Source: an uncultured delta proteobacterium | GTDB lineage: Bacteria > Myxococcota > Myxococcia > Myxococcales > Anaeromyxobacteraceae | Assembly (NCBI GenBank): GCA_963814585.1 | Contig: CAWFDF010000010.1 | Location: 128,001-192,000 of the forward strand | Reading direction: 5' to 3' | Length of the DNA stretch: 64,000 bases | In this document: positions 45,987 through 55,976 of the stretch, one piece after another | How positions within the stretch are numbered: the first letter of the stretch is position 1 | Layout of the letters: each line of letters starts with the position of its first letter | The notes under the pieces: model-generated | Told to the model about the DNA's origin: nothing | Seen by the model: only the letters and a program-made list of their open reading frames with translations | Database searches by the model: none | Position numbers and translations under genes: made by a program

Positions 45987-47327
45987 ATGGCCCTCACCCG
46001 CCGCCGCTTCCTGCAGGGCATGACCGCCGCCGGCGCCGCCGCGCTGGGGCTCCCCGGCTGCGCGCCCGAGGACCGGGTGCTCGAGCCGGCCCTCCCACGC
46101 CCGCAGAAGCCCATCCTGGTCGTCGTCAACCTCGACGGCGGCAACGACTTCCTCAACATGCTGCCGCCCACCGCCGGGCGGAACCGCTCGGTGTACGAGC
46201 AGCGGCGACCCACCCTGGCGGTGCCGGCCGCGCAGCTCGTCGAGATCGGCCAGGGCGCCGGCCTGAACGCCGACTTTTCCGGCATGAGCCTGCTCTCGGA
46301 CCGGGGGCGGGTGGCCTGGATCCCCGGCATCGGCATGAACAACCCCAACCTCTCCCACTTCGTCTCCACCGACCTGTGGGGCCAGGGCTCGGCCCAGCCG
46401 GCCGGCACCGGCTGGCTGGGGCGCTTCGCCGAGACCGCCTTCGCGCCGGCCGGCGACGTGCTGCGCGGCATCTCGGTCACCAACGACCTGCCGGTGATGC
46501 TGCGCGGCCAGGCGCGCAGCTTCGTCTCCATCACCGGCTCGAGCGGCTTCGTCTACCCGGCCTCGCTGCGCAATGGCCGGCTCGGCGCCCCGTGGGACGC
46601 GGCGCTGCTGCAGGCCGGCTTCGACGTCGCGGCGACCACGGCCAGCCCCGGCGGCCCGCCCGGCTACGCGGTGGCGGCGCAGGTGAGCAAGTCCTTCCTC
46701 GAGGCCACCCGCAGCTTCGGCGTGGACGGCACGCTGCCCGCCCGCACCCCGTCGGTGCCCTACCCGGGCGAGGCGGCCTACCCGCTGCGCCGGCTCGACG
46801 GCGGCGCGCTCTCCAGCGGCCTGGCGCGCCAGCTCAAGCTGGTGGCGCAGATGATCGCCAGCGGCGTCGACGGCGAGATCTACTTCACGCGGGTGGGCGG
46901 CTTCGACACCCACGCCAACCAGGCCGTCGACCACGCCAACCTGATGCGGGCGGTGGGCGGCGCCATCTCCGCCTTCTACGACGACCTGGCCTCGATCGGG
47001 ACCGCCAGCGGAAACGCCCAGGACCGGACCATGATCCTGGCCTGGAGCGAGTTCGGCCGGCGCGTCCAGCAGAACGACAACGGCACCGACCACGGCACGG
47101 CCGGCCTGGCCTTCTGCGTGGGGCGCGGGGTGAAGGGCGGCTTCTACGGCGCCTACCCCGACCTCGCCGACCTCGACGGCAACGGCAACCTGCGCTTCAC
47201 CGTCGACTACCGCAGCCTCTACGCCACCACGCTGGAGCGCTGGCTGGGACTGGGGGCGGCCGAGACCGACGCCCTGCTGGCGCAGGGGGCGGCGGTGCCG
47301 CCGTATCCGAGGCTGGGGTTCCTGTAA
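45987..47327 (+). CDS. DUF1501 family protein with Tat signal
   Basis: TRRRFLQG, LDGGNDFLN, SHF, GGFDTHANQ, SEFGRR, GTDHG, VDYRSLYA. Confidence 0.9.
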   Translation: MALTRRRFLQGMTAAGAAALGLPGCAPEDRVLEPALPRPQKPILVVVNLDGGNDFLNMLPPTAGRNRSVYEQRRPTLAVPAAQLVEIGQGAGLNADFSGMSLLSDRGRVAWIPGIGMNNPNLSHFVSTDLWGQGSAQPAGTGWLGRFAETAFAPAGDVLRGISVTNDLPVMLRGQARSFVSITGSSGFVYPASLRNGRLGAPWDAALLQAGFDVAATTASPGGPPGYAVAAQVSKSFLEATRSFGVDGTLPARTPSVPYPGEAAYPLRRLDGGALSSGLARQLKLVAQMIASGVDGEIYFTRVGGFDTHANQAVDHANLMRAVGGAISAFYDDLASIGTASGNAQDRTMILAWSEFGRRVQQNDNGTDHGTAGLAFCVGRGVKGGFYGAYPDLADLDGNGNLRFTVDYRSLYATTLERWLGLGAAETDALLAQGAAVPPYPRLGFL

Positions 47328-47364
47328 GGTCTCGGCCAGGGACAAGGACCGGAGGGGATCGACC

Positions 47365-47661
47365 ATGGCGCGCGAGACGACGGCGGCCCCGGGGTGGTCG
47401 GGAGGCCTGCTGCTGCTGACCCTGCTGGTGGTGGCCGCGAGCGGCTGCGCGCACCAGCCGCCGCCGGTGCTGCCCGGGGTGCCGGGCTTCTTCTCCGGCC
47501 TGCTCCACGGGTTCCTCATCCTGGTGAGCCTGGTGGGGAGCATCTTCACCGACGTCCGGGTCTACGCCTTCCCGAACTCGGGGTTCTTCTACGACCTCGG
47601 CTTCGCCATCGGCGCCAGCGCCATGCTGGGCGGCGGCGCGCACACGGCGCGGCGGCGTTAG
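47365..47661 (+). CDS. Small membrane lipoprotein
   Basis: RBS GGAGG, ASGC lipobox, PGFFSGLLHG, YAFPNSGFFYDLGF. Confidence 0.7.
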   Translation: MARETTAAPGWSGGLLLLTLLVVAASGCAHQPPPVLPGVPGFFSGLLHGFLILVSLVGSIFTDVRVYAFPNSGFFYDLGFAIGASAMLGGGAHTARRR

Positions 47662-47678
47662 TGCCGCGCCTGGACCGC

Positions 47679-47867
47679 TCAGAGCTCCCCGGCCCGCATC
47701 CGCTGCCAGATCTCGCGGCGCTCCGGGCTGAGGAAGTCGGAGGTGAGCCTCCAGGCGTCGTGGAGCCAGCGGAGCTTCTGCTCGGGCGTGAGCGCGAGGT
47801 AGGCGCGCAGCTCGTCGTCCGTGTGGTGGTGAGAGAAGCCTCGGGTGGCGCCGTCAGCGCTGGCCAC
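47679..47867 (-). CDS. Small hypothetical protein, 62 aa (possible antitoxin-like)
   Basis: Strong RBS GGAGGTGA before GTG; helical LTPEQKLRWL. Confidence 0.6.
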   Translation of the reverse strand: MASADGATRGFSHHHTDDELRAYLALTPEQKLRWLHDAWRLTSDFLSPERREIWQRMRAGEL

Positions 47868-47964
47868 GGATCACCTCCTGGACGCGCCGCAGCTCGTCCA
47901 CGCCGGGAGCTGAGCAGGGTGGCGCCTGGCCTGCCCCCCGCCCGGTCGTGGTACGGATCCGGCC

Positions 47965-49136
47965 ATGACCCCAGCCGCCGAGTGCTCCCGCCGCGTCGCC
48001 GCCCTCCAGGAGGCGCTGGCCGCCCGCGGGCTGGACGGGGCGCTGATCCTCCAGGCCGTCGACGTCCTCTGGCTCTCGGGAACGCGCCAGAACGCGGCCC
48101 TGTGGGTGCCGGCCGGGGGAGAGCCGGCGCTGCTGGTGCGCAAGAGCCTGGAGCGGGCCCGGTCCGAGAGCCCGCTGGCGCGGGTGCTGGCGTTCCCGCC
48201 CTCGAGGGAGCTGGCCGGCGTGATCGGCGCGCGCGCGGCGCCTCGGCCTCACGCTCGACGTGGTGCCGGTGGCGGTGCAGCAGTTCTGGAGCAAGGCGCT
48301 GCCGGGCGTCGAGTGGACCGACGTCTCCATGGTGGTGCGCGAGCTGCGCAGCGTGAAGTCGGCGTGGGAGCTCACGCAGATGCGCGCCCCGGCCCGGCTC
48401 CTCTCCGGCGTGCTCCGCGAGCTGCCGTCCTTCCTGCGCCCGGAGCTGCGCGAGGTGGACGTGGCCGCCGAGATCGAGGTGCGGATGCGCCGGGCCGGCA
48501 ACGAGGGGAGCCCGCGGGTGCGCGGCCTTCAACCAGGAGTTCTTCATGGGGCTGGCCCTGGCCGGCGGCTCGGCCGGCGCGCCCAGCTACTTCGACGGGC
48601 CGGTCACCGGCCGCGGCCTCTCGCCCTCGTCGCCGCTGGGTGCGTCGGTCGAGCCCATCGGCCGCGACGTGCCGGTGCTGCTCGACTACACCGCCATCAC
48701 CGGCGGCTACATCACCGACATGACCCGCATCGCCGTCTGCGGAACGCTGGCGCCGGAGCTGCGGCGCGCCTTCGACGTGGCGCGGGCCATCCAGGACGTG
48801 GTCGCGGCCGGCCTGGTGCCCGGCGCGGTGCCGAGCCGGCTCTTCGCGCTGGCGCGGGAGCGGGCCGAGGCCGCCGGGCTCGGCGACCGGTTCATGGGGC
48901 CGCCGGGCGCGCAGGCCCGCTTCGTCGGCCACGGCATCGGCATGGAGCTCGACGAGGTGCCGGTGCTGGCGCCCGGCTTCGACGCGCCGCTGCGCGCCGG
49001 CATGACCCTGGCCGTCGAGCCCAAGTTCGTCTTCCCCGGCCTGGGCGTGGTCGGCATCGAGAACACCTTCGCGGTGGGCGAGGGCGGCGGCGAGCGGTTC
49101 AGCGACCTGCCCGACGACCTGATCGCGGTGGGGTGA
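47965..49136 (+). CDS. M24 Xaa-Pro aminopeptidase family, frameshifts near 48240 and 48530
   Basis: Creatinase-N domain, RSVKSAWEL, GYITDMTR, GHGIGMELDE, AVEPK, GIENT. Confidence 0.85.
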
Positions 49137-49213
49137 TCCCGGGAGTCGGCAGGCGGCGGCCCGTGCCGGCACTCCCGGCCGCGCGCGAGCCCGGCCAGCG
49201 CGCCGACGCGAGC

Positions 49214-49789
49214 TCAGCGCGCCAGGGCGAAGGAGAGCTCGAGCAGGGCGTCGGCCCGGCAGCGGACGGAGCGGCGCTCCAGCCGGAAGCCGCGCCGCTC
49301 GACGCGCACCTCGACCTCCTGGCCCGGGGCGCAGTCGACCGTGGTCACGATGGGCGTCTCCCCGACCTCGCTCCCGTCCACCAGCACGCGCGCGCCCGGC
49401 GGGGTCGACTCGACCGAGAGGCCGAAGCCCACGAACGGCGCCACCCGCTCCCCGTCCGCGGTGGCGCGGGCCTGACGTGGCGCGAAGGTCGTGGACGCGG
49501 CCAGGTTCCGCTGCTGGAGCCGCGCCGCCTCCAGCCCGGCTGCGCCGGCGGCCTCGATCTGGGCCGGGCTCGGCGCCTCGGGGAGGCGCGGAGGCGCAGG
49601 CGCGCCGGCCGGCCCCGCGGCGCCATCGGGCGCGGCGAGGGAGAGGCCGGCAGGAATGGCGGGGCGCCCGGTCCGGAGCCGCTCCAGCACCCACGGCATG
49701 GCTGCGGCCGCCAGGACCAGGGGAGCCACCAGCAGGATGGCCCTGCGGGTGAAGCGTCCGGCAGACGGGGTGCGGTCGTCGAGCGCCAT
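49214..49789 (-). CDS. PEGA-domain membrane protein
   Basis: N-terminal TM; LSVESTPPGARVLVDGSEVGETP. Confidence 0.75.
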   Translation of the reverse strand: MALDDRTPSAGRFTRRAILLVAPLVLAAAAMPWVLERLRTGRPAIPAGLSLAAPDGAAGPAGAPAPPRLPEAPSPAQIEAAGAAGLEAARLQQRNLAASTTFAPRQARATADGERVAPFVGFGLSVESTPPGARVLVDGSEVGETPIVTTVDCAPGQEVEVRVERRGFRLERRSVRCRADALLELSFALAR

Positions 49790-49952
49790 GCTCGCCGAGC
49801 GTAGCAGACGCCGGGGAGCGACGGCGTCCCCGGTGTGCCGCCCGACGCCGGGCGCCCGGGACGCCTGCCGTGACGCCAACCGGCCGTGGACCTCGCTCCA
49901 AGGCCGGTCGCTCCGCGAGCCTCGCCGGAACTCGTCTAGAATGTCGCGCCCC

Positions 49953-51450
49953 ATGACGCCCGCTCGCCTCGCCCGGTCGGCCGCCCCCGTCGCGCTGCTG
50001 CTCTACGTGCTCGGCCTCTACGCGGCCACCGCCCTGCTCCAGGACGGCCTCTTCGAGCGCGACGGCTACTACCACGCGCGGCTGGCGCAGCTCCTGCCGG
50101 AGCGCGGGCTCTCCCGGACCTTCCCGTGGACCCAGCTGAGCACCTGGAAGGACGGCTACTGCGACAAGGAGATCCTCTACCACGCGGCCATGGCCCCGCT
50201 GGCGCGGCTCGGGCCCGAGCCAATCCTCGGCGCGCGCCTCCTCTCGGTGCTGCTGGCGGTGGCGGTGGTGGCGACGCTGTTCCTCCTGCTGCGCGCCCAC
50301 GGCGTGCCGTGGCCGGCCTTCTTCGCGGCCCTGCCGCTGGCGGCCGGCGGCCTGTTCCTGGCCCGGCTGGGCATGATCCGGTCGCACGTCCTGAGCATGC
50401 TGCTGCTGCTGGTGGGGGTGCACCTCATGCTGCGGCGGCGGTGGCGCGGGCTGCTGGTGCTCGGCTTCGCCTACGCCTGGTGCTACACGGTGCCCTTCGT
50501 CCTGGTGCTCACGGCGGCCCCGTTCGCGCTCGGCGCCTGGCTCGGGAAGGGCGGGCTGGACTGGCGGTCGGTGCTGGCGGCCGGGGCCGGGGCGGTGCTC
50601 GGGCTGGTGGTGCACCCCTACTCGCCGCTGACGCTCGAGACCTTCCTCACCCTGGTCCAGATCCTCCGCATCGGGCTGGCCGGGGCGAGGCAGTCGGGCT
50701 TCGAGCTGGGCAACGAGATCTACCCGTACCCGCTGCCGGTCTTCTTCGACATCTACCCCGCCATCGTCATCGGCGTCCCGGTGCTGGGGCTGGTGGCGGC
50801 GGCGCGCTGGCGCCGGCTCTCGGCGGAGGCCACCGGCATGCTGGCGGCCTCGGCCTTCTGGCTCGCCATGACCACGGCGTCGGCCCGCTTCGTCGAGTAC
50901 CTGGTGCTGCTGCTGGCGGTGGCCGCCGCCCTGGTGGCGCGCGACCTGCGGCGCGAGCCGGGCGCCCTGTCGGCGTGGCTCGGCCGGGACCGCTGGCGGC
51001 GCTGGGCCGGCGCGCTGCTGGCGCTCGGCCTGCTGGCCGGCTTCCACGCCCGCTCCATGAGGTTCTACGTCCACTACCAGTCCAAGGCCGCGCCGCCGCG
51101 CTTCTTCGACGGGGCCGGGGCCTGGATGGCGCGCCACCTGGCGCCGGGCGAGACCGTCATCAACCTCTACTGGGACGACTTCCCCGACCTGTTCTACTCG
51201 GCGCCGCGCCAGCGCTTCCTGTGGGGGCTGGACCCCACCTTCAGCCTCCGCTTCGACCCCGAGCGCGCCATGCTGCTGGAGCGCACCCGCCGCGGCGACG
51301 TCGCGCCCGATCCCGCCCTGCTGGCCGAGACCTTCCAGGCGCGCTACCTGGTGCTCCGCGCCAGCCGGGACGCCTACCCGGCGCTGCGGGTCCGCCCCTC
51401 GCGCGAGGTCTACCGGGACGATCTGGCGGTGGTGTACCGGCTCGGGGTAG
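49953..51450 (+). CDS. Multi-TM GT-C-fold glycosyltransferase-like protein; true stop probably TAG 51448-51450 (extra G in a G-run)
   Basis: ERDGYYH after TM1, many TMs, HPY, periplasmic C-terminal domain NLYWDDFP..GLDP; as sequenced the frame runs on to 51758, into lysE. Confidence 0.6.
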
Positions 51451-51601
51451 CCCGCGCGCGGCCCTGGCCATGGGCCATCGTACCGCGCCCTCTCCCGCCG
51501 CCACCCGCCCCGTTCACGGTGCGCCTCCGTCCGCTCGCACTTCGCCCATGGTGTGGGCGCCGGACGAGCCTGGCCAGGTCGACCGGCCAGGGAGAAGGCG
51601 G

Positions 51602-52207
51602 TCACCCCAGCACCGCCCGCCCGAGCTGCGTCAGGCCGAGCAGGAGGAAGGCCGCTGCTGAGACCCCGGCCAGCGCGCGAGCCACGCCCGGCCCGAGCCG
51701 GCCCACCGCGCCGAAGAGGATCAGCAGCGCGGCGTTGGTGGAGACGAGCGAGAGGTAGAAGCCGGCCAGGAAGGCCGCCGCGCCGCCCGGCGCCTCGCGC
51801 AGCGCCACCGCCAGGGTGGGGCCTCCCACCAGGCTCCAGAAGATCCAGACGTTGGGGTTGGTCAGGTTGACCAGCACGGCGCTCCAGAAGCCGCGGGTGG
51901 GCGCGGCGACCTCCTCGCCGGCGGGGCGCGGCGGCCGCAGCAAGTCGCGCACACCGGTGGCGCCCATCCAGACCAGCAGCCCGCCGCCGGCCACCTGCAG
52001 GGCGGTGAGGAGGCCGGCCGGCAGGCCGGAGAGCGCCAGCAGGCAGGCCAGGATGACCGCCGGGTCGGAGACCAGCGGCACCAGCGAGAGGTGGAGCGAG
52101 CGGCGCGGGCCGACCCGGGCGGCGCTCTGCAGCAGGAAGGCCTGGAACGGACCCGGCGAGGCGGCCGCCGGGAACCCGAGGCCGAGCCCCTGGAGGAGGA
52201 GGAACAC
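51602..52207 (-). CDS. LysE/RhtB family exporter
   Basis: AAASPGP, VNLTNPNVWIFW, ~6 TM. Confidence 0.85.
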   Translation of the reverse strand: MFLLLQGLGLGFPAAASPGPFQAFLLQSAARVGPRRSLHLSLVPLVSDPAVILACLLALSGLPAGLLTALQVAGGGLLVWMGATGVRDLLRPPRPAGEEVAAPTRGFWSAVLVNLTNPNVWIFWSLVGGPTLAVALREAPGGAAAFLAGFYLSLVSTNAALLILFGAVGRLGPGVARALAGVSAAAFLLLGLTQLGRAVLG

Positions 52208-52379
52208 GACGAGAGGTATGCCCCGCCCGCGGCGGCGCGTCGAGTGGCGCGCCGAGTGGCGCGCCGAGGAGGCCGGGCTCCGGGGAACCGCTCCCGGTGG
52301 ACGATCGCTGGCGTGGCGCCCGGGGGCGGCCGCGGGGCATCGGGCGCCCGGGCGGGTGTCACGTTTCCACCGACCGCCG

Positions 52380-52450
52380 CTCCACGAAAGGGGTAAAGAT
52401 GTCGGAGGGCGTCGGCAGGCGCTCCCCCAACCTGCCCTCCACGAAAGGGG
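52380..52450 (+). repeat. 14-bp direct repeat CTCCACGAAAGGGG upstream of the 5'-nucleotidase gene
   Basis: Exact copies at 52380-52393 and 52437-52450; the second contains the RBS. Confidence 0.8.
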
Positions 52451-52456
52451 AATCGC

Positions 52457-54469
52457 ATGCTCCGCCACAGGATGTTCGCCGCCGGGGCCATCGCTCCGCT
52501 GCTCATGGCCGTGCTCGGCCTCACGGGCTGTCCGGACGACCCCAAGGAGCATCGCCTCGCCGTGCTCTTCACCACCGACGAGCACTCCCACGTCTTCGCC
52601 ATCGCGCCGGAGGTGGACGACTGGCCGATGGCCACCACCGCCGGCACCGGCGCCCTGGTGGGCGGCATGGCCCGCCGGGCCCGCCTCATCGAGCAGCAGA
52701 GGGCGGCCATGAGCGACACCGTGGTCCTCTCCTCGGGCGACTCCACCCAGGGCACGCTGGCCACCGTCCCCTTCGCGCTCGCCAACTTCGACCTCCAGCT
52801 CATGAAGGCCATGGGCTACGACGCCGTCGCCCTCGGCAACCACGAGTTCGACCAGACCCCGGTCGGGCTGGCCATGGCGGTGGGCGCCGCCACCGGCGCC
52901 GGCAGCGTCGGGGCGCCGCAGCTGGTGCTCACCAACCTGAAGTTCAGCGCCGCCAGCGCCTCGGACGACACCCTGGCGGCCCTCTACGGCGCCGGCAAGG
53001 CCATCGCACCCTCCCACGTGGTCACCACGCCGGGCGGGTACAAGGTCGGCGTGGTGGCCGCCATGGGGCTCTCGGCCGCAGCCGACTGCGCCCCCTTCGC
53101 CGCGCCGGTCACCTTCACCGACGGGAATCCGACCTCCTCCGGCAACGCGCTGGCGGCCATCGTCGCCCAGGTCCAGCCGGCCGTGGACGCCCTGCGCAAC
53201 GGCTCCCAGGTCGACGTGGTGGTCCTGCTCAGCCACGGCGGCGTGGGCGAGGGGATGGTGGGCATGGAGGACGAGGCGCTGGCGGCCCGCCTCACCGGGG
53301 TCGACCTGGTGCTGAGCGGCCACAGCCACGCTGCCGCCCAGCCGGTCCGCCACGTCAACGACCCGACCGGCCACAGGGTGGCGCTCCTGCAGACCAGCCC
53401 CTACGGCGCCAAGCTGGGCCGCGCCGAGCTGGTCTGGCTCGACGGCGACCGGCCCCGCGTCGACACCGATCCGGCACGGACCACCTACCTGGCGGTCGAC
53501 GACCGCGTCATCCCCAGCACCAACCCGACCGTCACCGGCCTGATCGCCGGCCTGGTCAACGCGCTGGAGGTCAGCGCCACCGGGCCGTCCTTCCTGGAGC
53601 AGACCCTCTACGCGGTGCTGGGCACGCCGGTGGCGCACGACACGGCCAACCCGGGCAAGCTCTACTTCTACCCGCTCGGCCACGCCGCCTTCCCGGTGCG
53701 CGGGACCGGGACCGGCGAGTCCAACATGCTCAACCTGGACACCGACGCCATGCTGGCCGCGGCCAACACCTTCGGCGGTCCCACCCAGGTGGCGCTGCAG
53801 GCCCGCGGCGCGATGCGCGCCGACTTCGCGCCAGGGGAGACCGGGGTGCTCTCCTTCGCCGACGTCTACCGGGCGGCGCCGCTCGGCCTCGACCCGACCG
53901 ACGGCACCCCGGGCTACCCGGTCCTGCGCTTCCTCATGGCCAGGGCCGAGCTGCGCGCGGCGCTGGAGGGGACGCTGCTGATGAACCTGCAGAACCCGGA
54001 CTACTACGTCTCCCCGGCCGGCCTGAAGGTCACCTACGACCGGACCCGGAAGATGTTCGACGCCACCAACCCGGCCGGCCTCGGCTGGATCACCTACATG
54101 GCGACGGTGGACGCGGCCGGCCTGGAGACGCCCTTCTACGACACCTCGCTCTCCGCCGCCGGCTGGCTCAGCCCGACCGGCCCGACCGGCGTCATCCCGG
54201 TCACGGCGACCTACCAGCTGGGCGCCTTCGCCGCCTCGCTCGGGATCAAGCCGCGCAACCCGAGCACCGGGGCGCCGGTGGAGCCGGCCGACCTGCACAC
54301 CCTGATCGTGCGGCGGCCGGGCGGAAGCGCGGTCAAGGACCACCAGGCCCTGGCCAGCTACGTCGCCTCGATCTGCGCGGGAAACGCGGGCGAGCTGCCG
54401 TCGCGCTACGACGACGCCACCACCACGCTGCCGCGCCGGATGGTCTGCACCGGCGCCGACTGCCCCTGA
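52457..54469 (+). CDS. Bifunctional metallophosphoesterase/5'-nucleotidase lipoprotein
   Basis: LTGC lipobox, TTDEHSH, SGD, LGNHEFD, LSHGG, SGHSH, C-terminal 5'-NT domain. Confidence 0.88.
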   Translation: MLRHRMFAAGAIAPLLMAVLGLTGCPDDPKEHRLAVLFTTDEHSHVFAIAPEVDDWPMATTAGTGALVGGMARRARLIEQQRAAMSDTVVLSSGDSTQGTLATVPFALANFDLQLMKAMGYDAVALGNHEFDQTPVGLAMAVGAATGAGSVGAPQLVLTNLKFSAASASDDTLAALYGAGKAIAPSHVVTTPGGYKVGVVAAMGLSAAADCAPFAAPVTFTDGNPTSSGNALAAIVAQVQPAVDALRNGSQVDVVVLLSHGGVGEGMVGMEDEALAARLTGVDLVLSGHSHAAAQPVRHVNDPTGHRVALLQTSPYGAKLGRAELVWLDGDRPRVDTDPARTTYLAVDDRVIPSTNPTVTGLIAGLVNALEVSATGPSFLEQTLYAVLGTPVAHDTANPGKLYFYPLGHAAFPVRGTGTGESNMLNLDTDAMLAAANTFGGPTQVALQARGAMRADFAPGETGVLSFADVYRAAPLGLDPTDGTPGYPVLRFLMARAELRAALEGTLLMNLQNPDYYVSPAGLKVTYDRTRKMFDATNPAGLGWITYMATVDAAGLETPFYDTSLSAAGWLSPTGPTGVIPVTATYQLGAFAASLGIKPRNPSTGAPVEPADLHTLIVRRPGGSAVKDHQALASYVASICAGNAGELPSRYDDATTTLPRRMVCTGADCP

Positions 54470-54593
54470 CGAACGCCTCGCCGGACCGGCCCTGGCCGCG
54501 GCCCACGCGGCCCGGACGCCGGCCCGCGCCAGGCGAGGAGCCGTCGGATCGCCGGGCCCCGGCGATCCACGGTTCAGCCGCGGGACCGGGTGG

Positions 54594-55127
54594 CTAGAAC
54601 GGCTTCCACTTCAGCTTGGCGCCGACGCTGACCTTGACCGTGAAGACGGCCGGCTGCGCGTCGGTGGTGCCCGAGGCCACCACGGAGAACTTCCCGGAGC
54701 CCTTCAGCACGTTGTTGAGGAACTCGTCGAGCTGCGCCGAAGGGGCGAGGGCGATGGACGACCCGACCGAGATGGGGATGTCGGTCCAGGTGCCGACGAG
54801 GACGTCCTGCGAGGCGTCGGTGGCGCCCTCGGGCCGGAACGACGCCGTCCCGGAGCCGGTGGTGGCCACGTTGCCCACCCCGACCACGGTGATCTCGGCG
54901 TCGGCGGCGACGACCTGGATCGAGTCGATGTGCGAGCGCTGCTTCCAGGCCTTGGGGGCGTCGGCGGCCAGGTCGACCGTCTTCACGCCGCTCCACGAGG
55001 TCGCGGTGGCGTTCACGTCGAAGGAGCGGGAGACGTCGAAGTCGACGGTGCCGCCGCAGGCGGCCAGGGTGGCGGCCGCGGCGAGCGCGACGGGGAGACG
55101 AAGGGACTGCGCGACTGAGCGGTTCAT
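54594..55127 (-). CDS. Hypothetical lipoprotein
   Basis: RBS GAGGAGG, LAACGG lipobox, beta-rich. Confidence 0.75.
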   Translation of the reverse strand: MNRSVAQSLRLPVALAAAATLAACGGTVDFDVSRSFDVNATATSWSGVKTVDLAADAPKAWKQRSHIDSIQVVAADAEITVVGVGNVATTGSGTASFRPEGATDASQDVLVGTWTDIPISVGSSIALAPSAQLDEFLNNVLKGSGKFSVVASGTTDAQPAVFTVKVSVGAKLKWKPF

Positions 55128-55271
55128 GATTCCTCCTCGGCGGAACCAATCCGCCAGCCGATCAAGATACTCTCTCCGCCGCTTCGGGGCGTGACACTCC
55201 GACAGGCCCCGTTGGGATTCCCCGGATCACGGGACAGGTGGGATGTGGGGGCAATGGAGGGCGTCACGCAC

Positions 55272-55865
55272 ATGAGCGACACCCCGCGCCGAGACTTCGA
55301 GGCCAGCTACCTGAGCGGCGACGCGCCCTGGGACATCGGCCGGCCCCAGGCCGAGATCGTGGCCCTGGCCGAGGCCGGACTCATCACCGGGTCGGTCCTC
55401 GACATCGGCTGCGGCACGGGCGAGAACGCCCTCTACCTGGCCGGGCGCGGCCACGCCGTCTTCGGGCTCGACGGGTCGGCCACCGGCATCGAGCGGGCCC
55501 GCCAGAAGGCCGCCGAGCGGAGGCTGCCGGTCCAGTTCCACGTCTGGGACGCGCTGGAGCTGGGGCGCCTGCGCCAGCGCTTCGAGACCGTCATCGACGT
55601 CGGCCTCTTCCACGTCTTCGACGACGCCGACCGGCGGCGCTACGCCGGGTCGCTCGCCGAGGTGACCGCGCCCGGCTCCGATCTCTTCATCCTCAACTGG
55701 TCCACCGAGGAGCCGCCCGGCCCGGGGCCGCGGCGCGTCAGCGAGGACGAGATCCGCGAGGCCTTCCGCACCCTCTTCGCCACCAGGGAGGTCAAGCCGG
55801 CCGGCTTCGAGCGCCTTGGCGGGCCCCCGGCGAAGGCGCTGCTGGCCCGGTTGACCAGGATGTAG
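55272..55865 (+). CDS. Class I SAM-dependent methyltransferase (TPMT-like)
   Basis: PWDIGRPQ, LDIGCGTG, DVGLFH; RBS GGAGG. Confidence 0.88.
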   Translation: MSDTPRRDFEASYLSGDAPWDIGRPQAEIVALAEAGLITGSVLDIGCGTGENALYLAGRGHAVFGLDGSATGIERARQKAAERRLPVQFHVWDALELGRLRQRFETVIDVGLFHVFDDADRRRYAGSLAEVTAPGSDLFILNWSTEEPPGPGPRRVSEDEIREAFRTLFATREVKPAGFERLGGPPAKALLARLTRM

Positions 55866-55976
55866 TGCCCCGCTCGCCTCGCCGGGCCCGCGGCGCCCAA
55901 CCGGACCGAGGAGGGGCGCGCCAGGAACCGGCGGGTCGAGCCGATCGAGCAGTGAGCCGATCGGCGGATGGCCCGG

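Noticed and set aside
44324..47419. Apparent 1031-aa DUF1800 fusion
   Set aside because: Artefact of a missing C near 45832; the extension is off-frame over DUF1501
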